Source: Lama guanicoe
Taxonomy: Eukaryota
DNA: 64,000 nt
Direction: 5' to 3'
NCBI GenBank assembly: GCA_013239625.1
Contig: MU056963.1
Location: 3,874,441-3,938,440, forward strand
Made by a program: the position numbers and the translations under genes
In this document: piece after piece, positions 1 to 13,093 of the stretch
How the letters are laid out: each line of letters opens with the position of its first letter
How positions within the stretch are numbered: the first letter of the stretch is position 1
Notes under the pieces: model-generated
Database searches by the model: none
Told to the model about the DNA's origin: nothing
What the model saw: the letters and a program-made list of their open reading frames with translations, nothing else

Positions 1-22
1 CATTACTTAACACATTTCATAG

Positions 23-569
23 TGTGGATAAAAGATGGCTGTAACACAGCTGACATTTCTGCCATTAAGAGATAGGAAAATTCCTCTGCCCTTGAAGCCA
101 GCCTGTCTCAGTGATTTCCTTTGTCAATAGACTATAAAAGTGACTTTCTGGGGACTTCAAGTCTGTATTACTAAAAACCTTAAAGTTTCCACCTTTATCT
201 CTTGGGACAGTCACTCTCAGATCCCTCAACCATTGTGTTAGAATATGTTAGAAACCCATCAACCCTCTTTTACACACCCGAGGGAGAGACACCACGACTA
301 CCTGGAGAGACGGGCTGCCCCAGCTGATCCCAGCCTTCCAGTCATTCACACCAAAGCTCCAGTGAAGCACCTTGGAGTCCCCAGTCCAGCCCAGCCATCA
401 TCACTGAGCGCCGGTGAACCATCCCACTCAGTGCCGTGTGGAGCAGAAAAATCAATCAGCCAAGCCCTGCCCAAATTCCAACCCACAGAACTGAGATGTA
501 GCATGTGGTTGTGTTTTAAGGCGCTGAGTTTGGGTGTAGTTTGGTGTACAGCACTAGATAACCAGCACA
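23..569 (+). mobile_element. MaLR MLT1 solo LTR (MLT1H-like)
   Basis: TGTGG start with aagatggc; typical MLT1 3' end gttgtgttttaaggcgctgagtttgggtgtagtttggtgtacagcactagataaccagcaca. ORF 245..754 lies mostly inside it. Confidence 0.8.
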
Positions 570-2049
570 GTAAGATTAATAATGATTTTCATAGAAACCC
601 TGTGAGTTTCTTACTAACGATTAAGTCCGGAAAGGTCACAAAAGTGCTTCAAAGACGATATTGCCCCGTTTATTCTGGCTGGCATTTGTTGACAGCACAC
701 AGTCAGCCTGAGTCAATGGACTTACATTTCTATGTAATTGTTTACAGTTGTTAAATTTATATTGCTGTGAGTATTATAGTCTATCATTATGCCACCAATT
801 CCTCAAAAGGGAGCAACAGCTCTAATCTCGTGCATGAGTGAATAAATATGTTCAAAAACTATAATGTAAAAAGTACAACCCATAAGAATGTCATAAACAT
901 ATTTGAACTCGACTCCAGAAAGACCACAGAAAGTGAATCTTTACATATTCAGCCAAGTGAATCTGTGGGTGTGCGAATTTAGCATAAGCTGTCGAAACAG
1001 CAGAGTGGGAATACAAAGTACAATGATAATTATCTGAAAATTGGGTTTTCCCAGACTGCTAATTCATTCTCCTGTGCGTTGTCTGTAATGAAATGTCAAA
1101 GAGTAACACGCAGACATTTTAGCCATTTTCAAGCAAAGCACGACAACCTTTCTGGCAAACCAATGAAGTTCGTCCAGAACAGGGACTAAATGATTGCATT
1201 GGTTACAGTGCTTGGTTTAAAGTGACTGAAACTGACTCTATCTATAATAAGCAAATAGGGATTTATCTGAAGGACAATTAAGGATATAGAATCAGTGCAA
1301 GGCTGAGGAACCAGGTTTAAAAACGGGTAGAAACCAAATCTCTTAAGGTTCTCCTTTAGACACTGAGACAGGAACATCACTCCCCTTCCCCACCTGAGTC
1401 AGGCGGGAAAAAGTTATCAGTTAGTATGGGGAAAGCTGTGTTGGAGATGGTAGCTTTGGACAGAGCAGTCTCCCTGAATTAGATTCGTCGCCCCTCTTAT
1501 GCCGCAGGTCTTCAGGACAGAGGCAAGGCCGTTCCTGTGAGACAGGAGCATGGCAGGGCGAAGCTCTCCTGCAGACAAGCTGACATGAAGAGCAAGAAGA
1601 AAAGATAGGAGTGAGCTGAACTTACCCACTTCCTTCTTCCAAACTCACAAATCGGACGGTCTTCTCCTTCCCCACGGGAGTGGGAGTAAGAGCAGTGAAA
1701 TGATAAAGGCCAGGGAGATTTCTCCACATGGAACCACGAAATGTAGGATGAGTATTCCCTGTTACCAAGGTCACACTACAGGAGAACCTGGGCTCTTGCT
1801 GATGCTGCCACAGCCACAGCCACAAAACTTACCATCCCACCCAACAGCATGCTTATGTCTCTATTTACTAAGCCACCATCAGAAGCCCTGGATTCCCAGG
1901 CCATCCCTCCTCACCTGGTCTCTCACCTCCATACAGCTCTGTCTGCTGCCTGATATGGACCAGCTACCCACCCTACACACAGTAAAAACCCTTGACCTTC
2001 AGAGTAATCATCAGTCACCAGCAAAATGCTGTCATAAACCTTCACTCCA

Positions 2050-3640
2050 GGTATTTGCTTCCCCTCTGGTTCCAAACAAAATGTCTCCATCTCTGAAAAA
2101 TCTTATTTAGTGGTTACTATTTTTTCCAAACTCAAAGACGTGGGGCCTCAAAGCTCCCTAAAATCTTCTAAACTCCTTCCAGCTCCTCATGCCATGAAAT
2201 CAGAGCACCATCAATCCTTCATTACTGTGGTTAACTACAGACCTCAGTCGCCCTCCTTCCTTCTGCAAAGATTTTAGCTCTTGGACTCTACCATTACTCC
2301 TGTCATAATTCTTAATTATTTCAGTATCCATATAAGTTTTCCTAATATTATCCTGCTCTCTAAGTTCACAGACCTCCTTATTTCAGTAATCTTGACCTCC
2401 ACTCCATCTCCATCACCTACTCTGTTATTGTATCTTAAACCTTGTCATACACATTACCAAACACCCTCCACAATCGAATTTCAAAATCCCATAGTGCAAC
2501 CAGCTTCTCCTATCAATCCTCTTTACCCCCTCAAGGAGTGACTCCCCAAATTATTCATACTGAGAATGACAATCCATTGATCCTACCATCTTTTCACTGT
2601 CCATCACCCCTGCAGGTAGCCATTTTCCTCCTAAATTGGCTTCAGTTCCCCAACTCTCTTCTTCAATTTCTCAGGCAAAAAAAAAAAAAAAACCTTGAAA
2701 TCATCTTTGACTCTTTTATCTCATACTCTACATCCAAACAATTAACCAATACTTCTGGATCTTTTGAAATCTATCCAGATTCTAATCACTTCTCAGTACT
2801 TCCTCCCGTAACCACCACTGAATAGTTCTCTCAGTGTGGTCCTCCAACCTTCATTATCAAAATTACCTGAGAATTTTATAGAAACTTAAATTCTTAGATA
2901 CTACCAGACTCACTGAATCAAAACTCTGAAAAAAGGGCTCAGTAATCTGCATTTTAACAAACCCTCCAGTTGATTCTGAAGCTGAAGTTTGAGAACCACT
3001 GCCCCACACCAAGCCATCATCAAATTTAATCTCGACTCTGCCCAACAGACTCACAAGGCACCACATTGCTTCCACTTATGCCTGCTACAGACTATAATAT
3101 ACACAATAGCTAAAGTGATACTTTGAAAATCTAAGTCATTTTATGTAATTACTCTTCAGACCCCTCAACCCAACATTTTCCTTCACACTTAGAATGAAAT
3201 AGAAACTCCTTACCATGGTCCACAGAACCCTACATAACCTGACCTCTTACCCTTGTCCCTCCATCTACTCTGGCTCCACAGCTGTCCCACAAAAGGTCAA
3301 TCATATGCCCATTTAGACTCTGTTCTGATTACTTCCTCTGCTCTCCCCCCAGATATGTGACACCCTACTTCTTCACTAGTTTTAGACCTCTGCTAACTAT
3401 CACTCATAAGAGAGGCCTTTCCTGTTCACCTTGTCTAGAAAATTACCTTCCATCAGTCACTCTAACTTCTTCATTTTTCTTCATAGCACTTATCGCCATC
3501 TCACACAGAATATATTCAATTACTGTTTATTATCTGTGTCCTCCTACTCGAATGTAAACATCATGAGAAGAGCTTTTTGTGTATTGCCGTATCCCCAGTG
3601 CCTAGAAGAGTATATTGTACTCTGAATTTATTTGGATGAA
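2050..3640 (+). mobile_element. LINE-2 (L2) remnant, interrupted by MER5A
   Basis: Pyrimidine-rich L2 signatures: cctgtcataattctt...tatccat (endonuclease region), aaccttgaaatcatctttgactc, and 3' end gaatgtaaacatcatgaga...tatccccagtgcctagaa. Confidence 0.75.
2820..3001. mobile_element. MER5A hAT-Charlie MITE
   Basis: ~180 bp; ends gttctc...tttgagaaccactg; internal actgaatcaaaactctg and aatctgcattttaacaa. Confidence 0.85.
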
Positions 3641-4115
3641 GAGAATATGGTTCACTAAAAATGCAGTCCCAAGAGGCAGCACCTGATTGGTTGACCTAAG
3701 TCATGTGCCTAGTCCTGGGTGTGCTAGGATGCTGTTTAAGAATATCTGACCCCTTTCAGTTTCTTGGAGGAAGGTGGGACACTATCTACTCTAAAGTCCA
3801 TTATCAAGTGGAAGAATTCCAAAGGGGCGACCAGGAAAGAGGGAGTGCTTTAGCTAAAAGCAACAGATGATTACTACAAAAAGGCTCTCTGATAAGAAGT
3901 CAAAAATGAGGTAAGTCAAAAAATACACCAAAACTCTGGAGATATTACTCAAAGATGTGCTTCTTGGAGTTAAAACAGGTACCAGTTGTGTGATTTCCAA
4001 GAAGCTTTTTAAGAATAGTCCAAAAGTTAGTGGGTAAGTATTAAGTGTGGAGAAAAAAAAAGTAGAACATTGGTGTTATCAAATAATTGAGTAAGATATC
4101 CCATAATTATAAACA

Positions 4116-4599
4116 TGTGGGAGGCTGAATAATGGCCCTCAAACATCTTCAGGTCCTAATCTCTGGAATCTGTTATTGTATAATAACAAAACAGAACTTG
4201 CAGATATGACTAATGAAGGATCCTGAGCTGGGAGATTGTCCTAGATTATCTGGGTGGTCCCTAATGTAATCACAAGTGTTCTCTTACAAGAGAGAGTCAG
4301 AGGGAGATTTGACACAGAAGACAACAATGTGATGTGAAAGGAAAATGCTATACTGCTGGCTTTGAAAATGATGGAAAGAGGCACAAACCGAGGAATATAG
4401 TTCTGGAAGCTGGAAAGGCAAGAAAATGGATTCTTTCAGGGAACCCCTGGAGGGTGCAAACTCTTTGCCAACAAACTGATTTCAACCTGAAGTTGATTTT
4501 GAAGAGAATAAATGTGTGTTTTAAGAGTAAATAAGAGAATGAATTGTGTTGTTTTAAGTTTGTGGTAGTATGTTACAGTAGTCATTGGAAATTAATACA
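4116..4599 (+). mobile_element. MaLR MLT1D-like solo LTR
   Basis: Start tgtgggaggctgaataatggccc; core gggagattgtcctagattatctgggtgg; end ggaaattaataca; near-perfect 5-bp TSD aaaca/aaata. Confidence 0.85.
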
Positions 4600-6239
4600 A
4601 AATATATATAATGTGAGAGCAAACTGACTATTACATGGGTGTACCATTAGACATTCGAATTTAGAGTTGGACAAAACCACTGGTGTTCAGAGTCAGAATC
4701 TGTTATTGACATAAATGTAATTCATACACATGGAAGATGTGCCAGTAACTTTTTGATTTAATGCTAAAAATCCTTGAGTTGGAATACAGACTCAAGAAAG
4801 ACACACTGTTATGTATACAGCAAGGAAGAACGTTACTAGGGAATAAATAATTTCTCCTGAATGTCACTTCACACATGGCCCTGTCAAAGGACAATTTTTG
4901 GTCAACTGGTCTTAATTCAGTGAGTGTTAAAGGAAATAGCACAGAAACACATATAATCAAATTGAAGTCACCAAGCATACGACATTTCCATGGGCTCTGG
5001 GGAAAAAAATGAGCATGAATACTCAACTCTGACGATTAAACACTGGATTATGCTGACTGTTGAGTGGAAAGGTACTCATGAGTTTTTAAATAGAGGATAG
5101 TATTTCTTCATGACATTGATAACTAGATAAAGAATAATTCTATTATTTTTCTATTATTTTATGTGACTTGGTTAAGTAGAATACATCAATACTGAGTTCA
5201 GAATACTCAGAAACTTGAATCAAGGAGTTCTGAAATATGATTTTTTATACATTGAGAATAAGATACCAGACTGTCTTAAGGCCAAACTGTGATATGAATG
5301 ACTCAGAGAGAATTTTATTCTTTCCTAACACTTGATATTCTTCACCCATTGAGGAAAGTAAATGATAGTACATTATTGGATATATTTTTAAGTAAAATCA
5401 AACATTTCAAAAGACTGAAATTTTCCAAAGCTGAATGAAACCAAAGCGAATATCATTCACCATTTATTCTACGAAACATGCAATTTTTCCGCTCTCAAGG
5501 GTGGTATGCTCATTTGAGCATTTAACCAAAATCTGAAATCTTTGCTGAAAGACCTCCTCATAATTTCTAGATTTATATTCCATCCAAATATGATAGTTGC
5601 CTTTTTTAATGATCTGTAATAGTTGTTATTTTCTGTTGTAGAAGCATAAAGGAAAAGAAGAGGCCATGTGGATATGAGATGTGATACATGGCTTCAGGTA
5701 GTTGTAACTTAATAATATAAACATTATTCAAAGACTAAAATGATATCATCCCAGTAACTGAATAAATTAAAGTTATTTAAATTTTATAAATATGCTTATA
5801 CTTTTATTGCTGTAAATTTGTTTTTTAATTTATCTAAAATTGGTGATTTGGCTATATATTAAAACATACATTATGACCATTATGTAGTCTGTGGATGGGA
5901 AGAGTTTCAGAAATATTATTCTGTATTCTAAGCCAATCTGTGATTCTGTCCAAACTGGTTAATTCCTTTTAGAAGAAATTACTAGCATGACAAGTTTTCA
6001 CATGGTAAAGTGGTTGCTCAAAAAAAAAAATAAATAAACAGTGGAACAACATCAAATATTTATAAAATTTATTCCAGAATCTCTCATTTCCCTCACTCTT
6101 TTCTTGCTGTTTTTCACGGTTTCCTGACATACATTCTCACTGAGACGGCACTTCCATAACTTCTCATTCATTTAGAGTGCCAGTTCATCACATGCCCAGC
6201 TTCTCACCTTTTGCCTTTGCTCTCTGAATTCCACATGGT

Positions 6240-6799
6240 CTTCTCTCCTGCACTTCCCCAAAATGGCCATAGCAATATTTCTAGTCTCACATGATTTTCT
6301 AGAACCTAGCCATTCCCCATCAAGAGGTGTAGCCATTTTTCCTCTCCTTAAACCTGATTAGGACTTTTTAATGCCTCATGTGAAAAAAAATGTGTTGTAT
6401 ATAATGCTGCATGACTTCTAAGGCTAGATCATAAAAGATTATTTGATTTCTACATGTCTTTTGCATTGAGGACGCTTGTCTTTGGAACCCATGCACCATT
6501 CTCTGAGGAAGTCCAAACTAGCTCACGCAGAGAGACCACACCAAGAGACCCTCATGCGGAAGATCTGAGATCCCAGGAAATAGTTGTCTCCAACACTAGA
6601 CATGTGACTGAGCAAGACTTTAGATGATTCCAGCCCATAGCTTTTGAGCTGCCCCAACTGACATAAAGTAAAGCAGAAATGAGCTATCCCCACTGAGCCT
6701 TGCATAGATTACAGTGTCATAAGTAAAATGAATGTGTCATTGTTTTAAGTCACTAAATTTGGGGGTGATTGGTTCTACAGCCATAGTATTTGGAACACA
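6240..6799 (+). mobile_element. MaLR MLT1G/H-like solo LTR
   Basis: ccaaaatggcca...ccccatcaagaggtg; end gttttaagtcactaaatttgggggtgattggttctacagccatag...ggaacaca. Confidence 0.8.
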
Positions 6800-7539
6800 A
6801 CTAAGAGGTAACTTGAACTAAGAAACAAAGTAAACCCAAACCCTTAACCACTTACCATAGAACTAACTGTTATTGCTGGTCCTGGAAAAGACAACACCCT
6901 GTATAAGGAGCAAAACAAAAAAAAAATCTAACATCCATGCATGATTAACGTAAGAAAAAACAAAAAATAAGCATCAAGACTTTTGAGGTAATGAAATACT
7001 CCATGAATGACAATCAACACTGATCTTAGATTTGATTTGAAAATAAAATTCACAGGATAAACTCAATGATTGGCTAAGCTTATTTTATCATGGAAATCAT
7101 TGGCATTTTTATCAAAAAGCCTTTGACTTCACCCCTGGATGGGCACAGTTGTTTGCAAGAGATAAGATTGACGTGGGTGGACCAGCTCTACATGAAAACT
7201 CTGTCAACTTTGTTCTTGTTTTTTAAACAACCCTAGTCATGTAGCCTAGCAGGGTCTATGTGCCAATTCACAGTCCTGCCAGTCCAGGTGCAGTCCATAC
7301 AGGTGTCCATTAAGCAAAGGCAATAACTAGGTAACCAGGTCCTCATGCTGTGTTAACATTTTAAATATATATTAACTTGATACAACTTCAGAGAAAGCGT
7401 TGCAAGAAGTTAACCTAACATCTTTTTCTGAGGCATTCCTGGATCTTGAGGGGGGAAATGGTACAGACTGCCATTAATCCATTAACTAACACAAACACAC
7501 ATCGCGGGAAAACTTTCTCCAATTTAAAGTGAATGTCAG

Positions 7540-7808
7540 AAGGTTAATTACTGCATGTTTTAAAAAACACCACAAATCCCAAATTAAGAAACTCAAAAGA
7601 GAAACAGACAAAAAATAGAAAGATGTTTAAAAAGAGCTGATCAAACACCAGAAATAAATTGATGAAAAAGATAAAATCAGTTCAAAAATAAAAACTAAAT
7701 TACAAAATTCCTGAGGGATAATGAATAAACATTGGAGGTATGGTAAGAAACACAGGATAAAAATGAAAGAAATCCCAGAATTAAAAAGTGACATAAATAT
7801 AGAGGCAC

Positions 7809-7868
<60 letters not shown>

Positions 7869-8545
7869 TGAAGGATATAAACATAGAAGACAGGCACAAT
7901 GATCCAACACACGTGTAAGTTAGGTCCCCAGTGAAGAAAAACAAAGCAATAGAAGTCAATTAATATCTAAACCTATAATCTAAGAGACCATTCCAGAAAT
8001 AAAAGGTGACTTGAATCAATATAGTGAAAGAGTTCATCATTTACCTGGGAAAAGGAACAAGGATGTTTAACTCTAAGACATACCAGGCAGAAACTATAGA
8101 CTTTAAAGATGAATAAAAAATCTTCTGGGCTTCTAAGTAAAATGATCCTATCACTATAAATTTTTAAAAGTATGCTGTCAGCAACATATTTTTAAAAGAC
8201 TGTAATGTAACAACATCTTCAAGAAACTCAAGGAAAGGGGCTGTGAGCCAGTGATTTTGTATCACACCAAACTATTGTTCAACGGTCAAAATTAAAGACA
8301 ACTCATTAAACATACAATAACTCAGAGAAAATTGTATTCATAAATCCTTCCTGAGGAACTTCTTGGAACAAGCTTCCCCTAACCACAATATTACTGGGGG
8401 CACTTCCCACAAAACAACTGTGGAGAACACTTACAACACTTAATTGTAACTGTAAGACCAAAGCAAAGGTACAGATATAGGTAGCAGAATACCACATAAA
8501 TGATAAAGGTTTAGACAAAGGAGAAACATATAAATTTAATTTGCA
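7540..8545 (+). mobile_element. HAL1 / L1 ORF1-like remnant
   Basis: A-rich ORF1-like sequence with HAL1-type motifs aacatcttcaagaaactcaaggaaagg...tgtgagcca and aactcagagaaaattgt...ccttcctgagga. Confidence 0.7.
7810..7863 (+). repeat. poly(A) tract, 54 nt
   Basis: Seen directly; source of the poly-K and poly-F ORFs in the track. Confidence 0.95.
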
Positions 8546-8549
8546 GGTA

Positions 8550-8912
8550 TGTGGGATCAACCCATAGGGACTGGATCACCAAACCACTAGGAGTAAAGGT
8601 TTATATGCCAGCTTAACAGGGGAAGAAGGGAGAGACAGGGCTTTTCTGGAAAACATACAGGCTTCTAGGGGGAAAAAAATAGAAGACATGGAAGCTTCTG
8701 AGAAAGTTTACCTAAGAATTTCTCATCCTTGCTAATGGTCCCAGTTGGAAGCTCCCTCAGAGAGGGGATTTATAGCAGTTTCATTCTCAGAAAGCTCTGC
8801 CTTTAATCAGATAAGCAAAGCTCAGCCAAGGCTTCTCTCTGTATCTGCTGTATCTTAGACATCTTCAGTTTAAAGTAATGTTTATACCGTTTTGGGGGTT
8901 TGGGTCCCTTCA
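8550..8912 (-). mobile_element. Class I ERV LTR (solo or partial)
   Basis: Minus strand begins TGAAGGGACCCAAACCCCC...ttactttaaactgaagatg, a typical ERV1 U3 start; TATA-like tataaa on the minus strand; no clear TSD. Confidence 0.7.
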
Positions 8913-9240
8913 GCCTCAAGAGAATGCATAGCTTCTTCTCTCCCATTTCTACTCTCTCATTCTTGCAAGGTGGTCACCACACAAACGAGCCTGGTGGAGA
9001 ATGACAGCACATGGAAGAGTCCCGGTCACCCCAGCCACCCAAGCTGAGCCTCACAAGCCAGCTTACCACAGCTCCCCAAGAGCTGAACCCAGAGTCACAA
9101 GTCAGACCAGCTGGGCACAGCAAATGAAATCCAGAAAAGAGCTGCCAGCTGAATCCAGCCTAAACCACCAACCTCCAGGGACATCACTGTTTTAACCTTC
9201 TAAGTTCTCGGGCAGTTTGCTATGTAGTAATAGATACCCA
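8913..9240 (+). mobile_element. MaLR MLT1 LTR 3' part
   Basis: ccagctgaatccagcctaaa...tgttttaaccttctaagttctcgggcagtttgctatgtagtaatagata, an MLT1 terminal motif. Confidence 0.7.
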
Positions 9241-9486
9241 TTAGAGAAATGCATTGCTTTCAAGCAGATAAGGAAATAAATGATTTACTAAATACAATTC
9301 ATGGTTGTTTAACAATAAAAACTAAACAGTTGGTGACATGAAAAAATTCATCCCCAATAGATAAGACATTTATTAAGATTTTTTCCTAGTTGTTTGTCTC
9401 TGTATGAGAAGAATAAGAGATGATATTAAATTTAAAGCCAGTAAAAGGGGACCTTTATATGCAAGGCATAATAATTAACGTGAGGG

Positions 9487-10035
9487 TGAAGCAGTAAGCT
9501 ATCTCTGTTCCAAAATGGCTTCCCTAATGCTAAAGCTGTTTGCTGATTCACTCTGACTTGGAGTTCTTGCAGCTTGTTTTTTTCTCTGATAAACCCCCAT
9601 CTCTGTTTAACTTGCTCAACTGCCTTTGTGCTAAACAGCCCCTTACACTCACTCTCACTCCCCCCACCCTGAGCCTCCTTTGTTCTAGGAAGAAGGTCAT
9701 ATTCTGATAACCACCTGAGCTGCAAAAACCCACAAACCCACCATGAGATTTCCATGATACCAGATGCAATTGTGTCTGGGTGGATTTCTGGAACAAGAGG
9801 AATGCAAGACCTGCACACCCTGATCCTTATCACCTGTCCTGCACCCCAGACCCTTCCGATAAAACTTCTCTACACCCCACCCCTGGTGGACACACAGTTC
9901 TAAAGGCACTAGCCTACTGTGGTCCCCTTTTTCTGACAAAGCAATTAAAGCTGTTTCTTTTCTACTTCACCCAAAATCTGTCTCTGAGACTCAACTTGAT
10001 ACTAGTGCACAGATGCCAACAACATTTTGGCAACA
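9487..10035 (+). mobile_element. Class I ERV solo LTR with 4-bp TSD (AGGG)
   Basis: TG...CA termini; AGGG at 9483-9486 and 10036-10039; polyA-like attaaa ~9944; ERV1-type U5 end cttcacccaaaatctgtctctgaga...ttggcaaca. Confidence 0.88.
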
Positions 10036-11789
10036 AGGGCTTTACCGTACCCACTGGGTATTCCAGAGTCAAGTAGCTGATGAGGGATCCCAGAAATGTG
10101 GAACAGCCTCATAGTACAAATTTGAACGATGTACTTGAGAGGTCAAAAGATGCTAAAATCATAAGGGCAAAATCCTCAGATATTGAAACAGGAAGCGATG
10201 GAGAGATGTGGCAACAGCATGCACTGGGTTTGCTCTCAGCTGCTGCGACTCAGAGGGGTCATTACTGAGAAGAGCAGTTTCTCAGCCTTGGGTCTCACAC
10301 AGAGATTACTAGCTTGTTCTTTTCTTTTTATTATAATCACTACATACCCCAGCTATTACTGCTGTGTAGGATTGGACAACTGGGTGTGCTGACGGGGTTT
10401 AAAGCCTTTCCTAGATGCATCTGGCATTCATTTCTGCCAGTTGGGATAAGAAACTAGATGGGAAAGGCAAGCCATTTCTCCTCCCCTGTTGTAACTCTGA
10501 ATCACATTACTACTCAATCAAGATCCTAGGAACCAGCTGATTGTTTAAAAAAAAAAAAAAGAAAAAGTGAGGGTTTTTTTCCTGATTTCTGCAACAGAGA
10601 TGCCTAGAAGTGTATTATGTATGCAGAATACACTGTGTTGCAAAGTTGGTACTTTCGTTCCTTGGGAGAGCCATTTAGCACTGCTTTGTTTTGTCATTTG
10701 TGTGTGTGTAAGAGGGAGATTTCCAGTTTTATTTTACCGAGATTTATGGGATTAGTCTCAGTCATTTCTGTTTCAATGCGGGGTAGTTGTTGAAAATCTA
10801 GTTGGTCCCTGAAATGGCAGATGACATCTTCTGGTGGTCAAGATGAGATACTTTTATTGATAGGGCTCTTTTCACAATAGAGAAAGGGCCACAGAGTAAT
10901 TAAAAATTACACTGTGTTGCAGTATGAAATACAAAACCGTGTCTACCCTATAATTACCTCATCTAAAGATTACATATGGGTGTATACAAAGGCTGCAAAT
11001 ATTATTTTAGAATATTATTATGTTAATCTATTAGTGAATAAATTCATTTTACATTTATTACTGTGTTTTTGATAGTGTTGGTACAATACATATTTCCCTG
11101 AAAAAAAAGGGGGGGGCTTTAAGTCGCCGAACAATAACAGCAGTATAAATTCTCAAATGCTTAAACACTTTACTGCAGATTCTGATTTAATGTATCAAAT
11201 TACTGCTTTGAGACATATTGAATGGCTTAGTGTTAGCCTCTACCTGAAATTCATATGCTTTTATTCTATCCTGAAGTAAAAAGATTAAAAAAAAAAAAAA
11301 ACCTTGAAAATCCAAGGGGGCTAAATTTGTGCAACAATAAGTTTCTCAAAGCACTTGCTTCATCTAAGTCTACAAAAGGTAATGAATATTCAGGATTCAG
11401 GGAACAGATATGTAAATTTTACGAATTAGATTAACAGTTTGGTGAGGGCACCATTTTTTTAAACTGCAAACTCTGCTGCCTCAAGACTCTAAACTGCCTT
11501 CTGGGGGCTGGCAGTCGCTTATAAAGCAACAATCTACAGAAAGAGATGACTTCTTATAAATGGGCAGCTTTTACTACAGGAATCAAGAACTTTTATAATT
11601 ACTCCCACACATTAACTGATGGTACTGATCACAAGCCTCACCTTCAACAATTTCATCTTCTTTCTTAATTATGTCTTAGGCAAGTTCCTGAGTCTGTTGC
11701 CCTGCATTACCCGAAAGATCTGAAAGTACACTGTTGAATACTGAGTCCCCAAGCCTTCTCTTGTACAAACTTCATGCTTCCAGTAATAC

Positions 11790-12000
11790 CAGCTACTACT
11801 ATTGAGCGTGTGCGAAGCCCTGTCAGACACGTTACACAGTCCTCACCACAACGTTGTGAGATGGCTTTTTACTCCCCTATTATACACCTGATGTCCCTGA
11901 GAATTAAACCTTAGAAACGTTAAGTAATTCACTCAAGGACAAACAAGCACATAGTAAAATTAGGATTTAAACCACATATAGCTCTAGATTAATTACATCC
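11790..12000 (-). mobile_element. MIR SINE
   Basis: tcctcaccacaac...tgagatgg and gttaagtaattcactcaagg...aggatttaaacc, the reverse MIR core. Confidence 0.7.
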
Positions 12001-12143
12001 TATCACCTCCACTGGACGACCTCCCATCTCTTCAGGCAGTTCACACCTACAGATTCTGCATTAAATCAAACAGTTGAGAAAATCGGTTTACCCGGGATCT
12101 TGTGAGTTGACTCTACCCATAAGGAGAAGGACATTGTGTTCTG

Positions 12144-12253
12144 GTTGCCTAGATAGTCCCATATTGTGGCCATGGTCTTCCCGTAATTATTAATTGTGGC
12201 TTACTTCACCCTCAGAGGTGTCCCAGTTAGGGTAACAAGTTAATGGTCACCCT
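12144..12253. mobile_element. hAT MITE (MER94-like)
   Basis: aattattaat...gtgtcccagtt...atggtcaccct terminal motif. Confidence 0.55.
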
Positions 12254-12829
12254 ACTCATGAGAGATGTTTTTTGTGTGTCTATAACTGAGTGCAGCCCAA
12301 TAAAAATTAACTTCACAATCACATTGGTGAAGCTATATGCGGAGGATTCTGTTTTACGTAGCAAGGCTGACCAGATACCCTGACCCACTTGACGGGGAAG
12401 AAGGCCAGATTAACACAGTTTGAAAAGCTTTTCCTCATGAAAGTTCGTCTTTGTCTTGAGGACATCAGTCAAATTCAGTGAACTTGGGTTTCCAATGTCT
12501 CACAGAAAACAAGGACACTAGACAAAGCCCAGGGCCTGACCAAACAGGAAATTTAATGGAGTGAAACCTCCCCAAAATCTGGGGCAACAAAGGGCTACCT
12601 TTCAGTATTGAGTAGAAATTAAACGCTCTACCAGGAGAGTTTAAGGAAAATCCAAAAGAAATCTGACATTGAGGATTTTTTTTTAACCTCAAAGTCGTCT
12701 CCCCATGGATTCCCAGCCTGATTTCATGCCACTTTAATTTAAAGTGGTCGCAGAGTCAGAGATGGTGTCAGTCTTCTTTATAGAATCCCACCTCCCAAGC
12801 AAACCTGAAAAGATTTTCAGATAAAGCCC

Positions 12830-13093
12830 TAAGAAACATGAGATCAAAGTCAAAAATCATAAAACTTGCAAGGAAACAAGGCACCATGAGTGGAGGTCAA
12901 CAGAAATGACTGTAGACTCTGACACAAAATTTATCTAATATTATAATCATCAAACACAGAATATGAAATAAATATAATTAGTATGCTTTTAAAATGAAGA
13001 AATTTAAACAATATCAAAAGACTAAAACGATGACTAGTGAACTTGAGAAAAAAATGTGGAAGAGCTTCTAGAAATGGTGTAACAGTTGAAATT
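12830..13093 (+). mobile_element. Old L1 ORF1 fragment
   Basis: ggaaacaaggcaccatgag...acagaatatgaaataaat...cttctagaaatg...acagttgaaatt, typical of the L1M ORF1 coiled-coil region. Confidence 0.6.

Noticed and set aside
245-754. Longest ORF in the track (169 aa)
   Set aside because: Lies mostly in an MLT1 LTR, with no recognisable domain.
5642-5697. Exon-like segment (tgtag|...cag|gtagtt)
   Set aside because: Stops in all three frames and a weak donor.
7627-7959. poly-Phe and poly-Lys ORFs
   Set aside because: Artefacts of the 54-nt poly(A) tract.
10800-11300. Possible Charlie transposase remnant (LHCV, HIEWLS-like motifs)
   Set aside because: Motifs are too short and scattered to support without an alignment.
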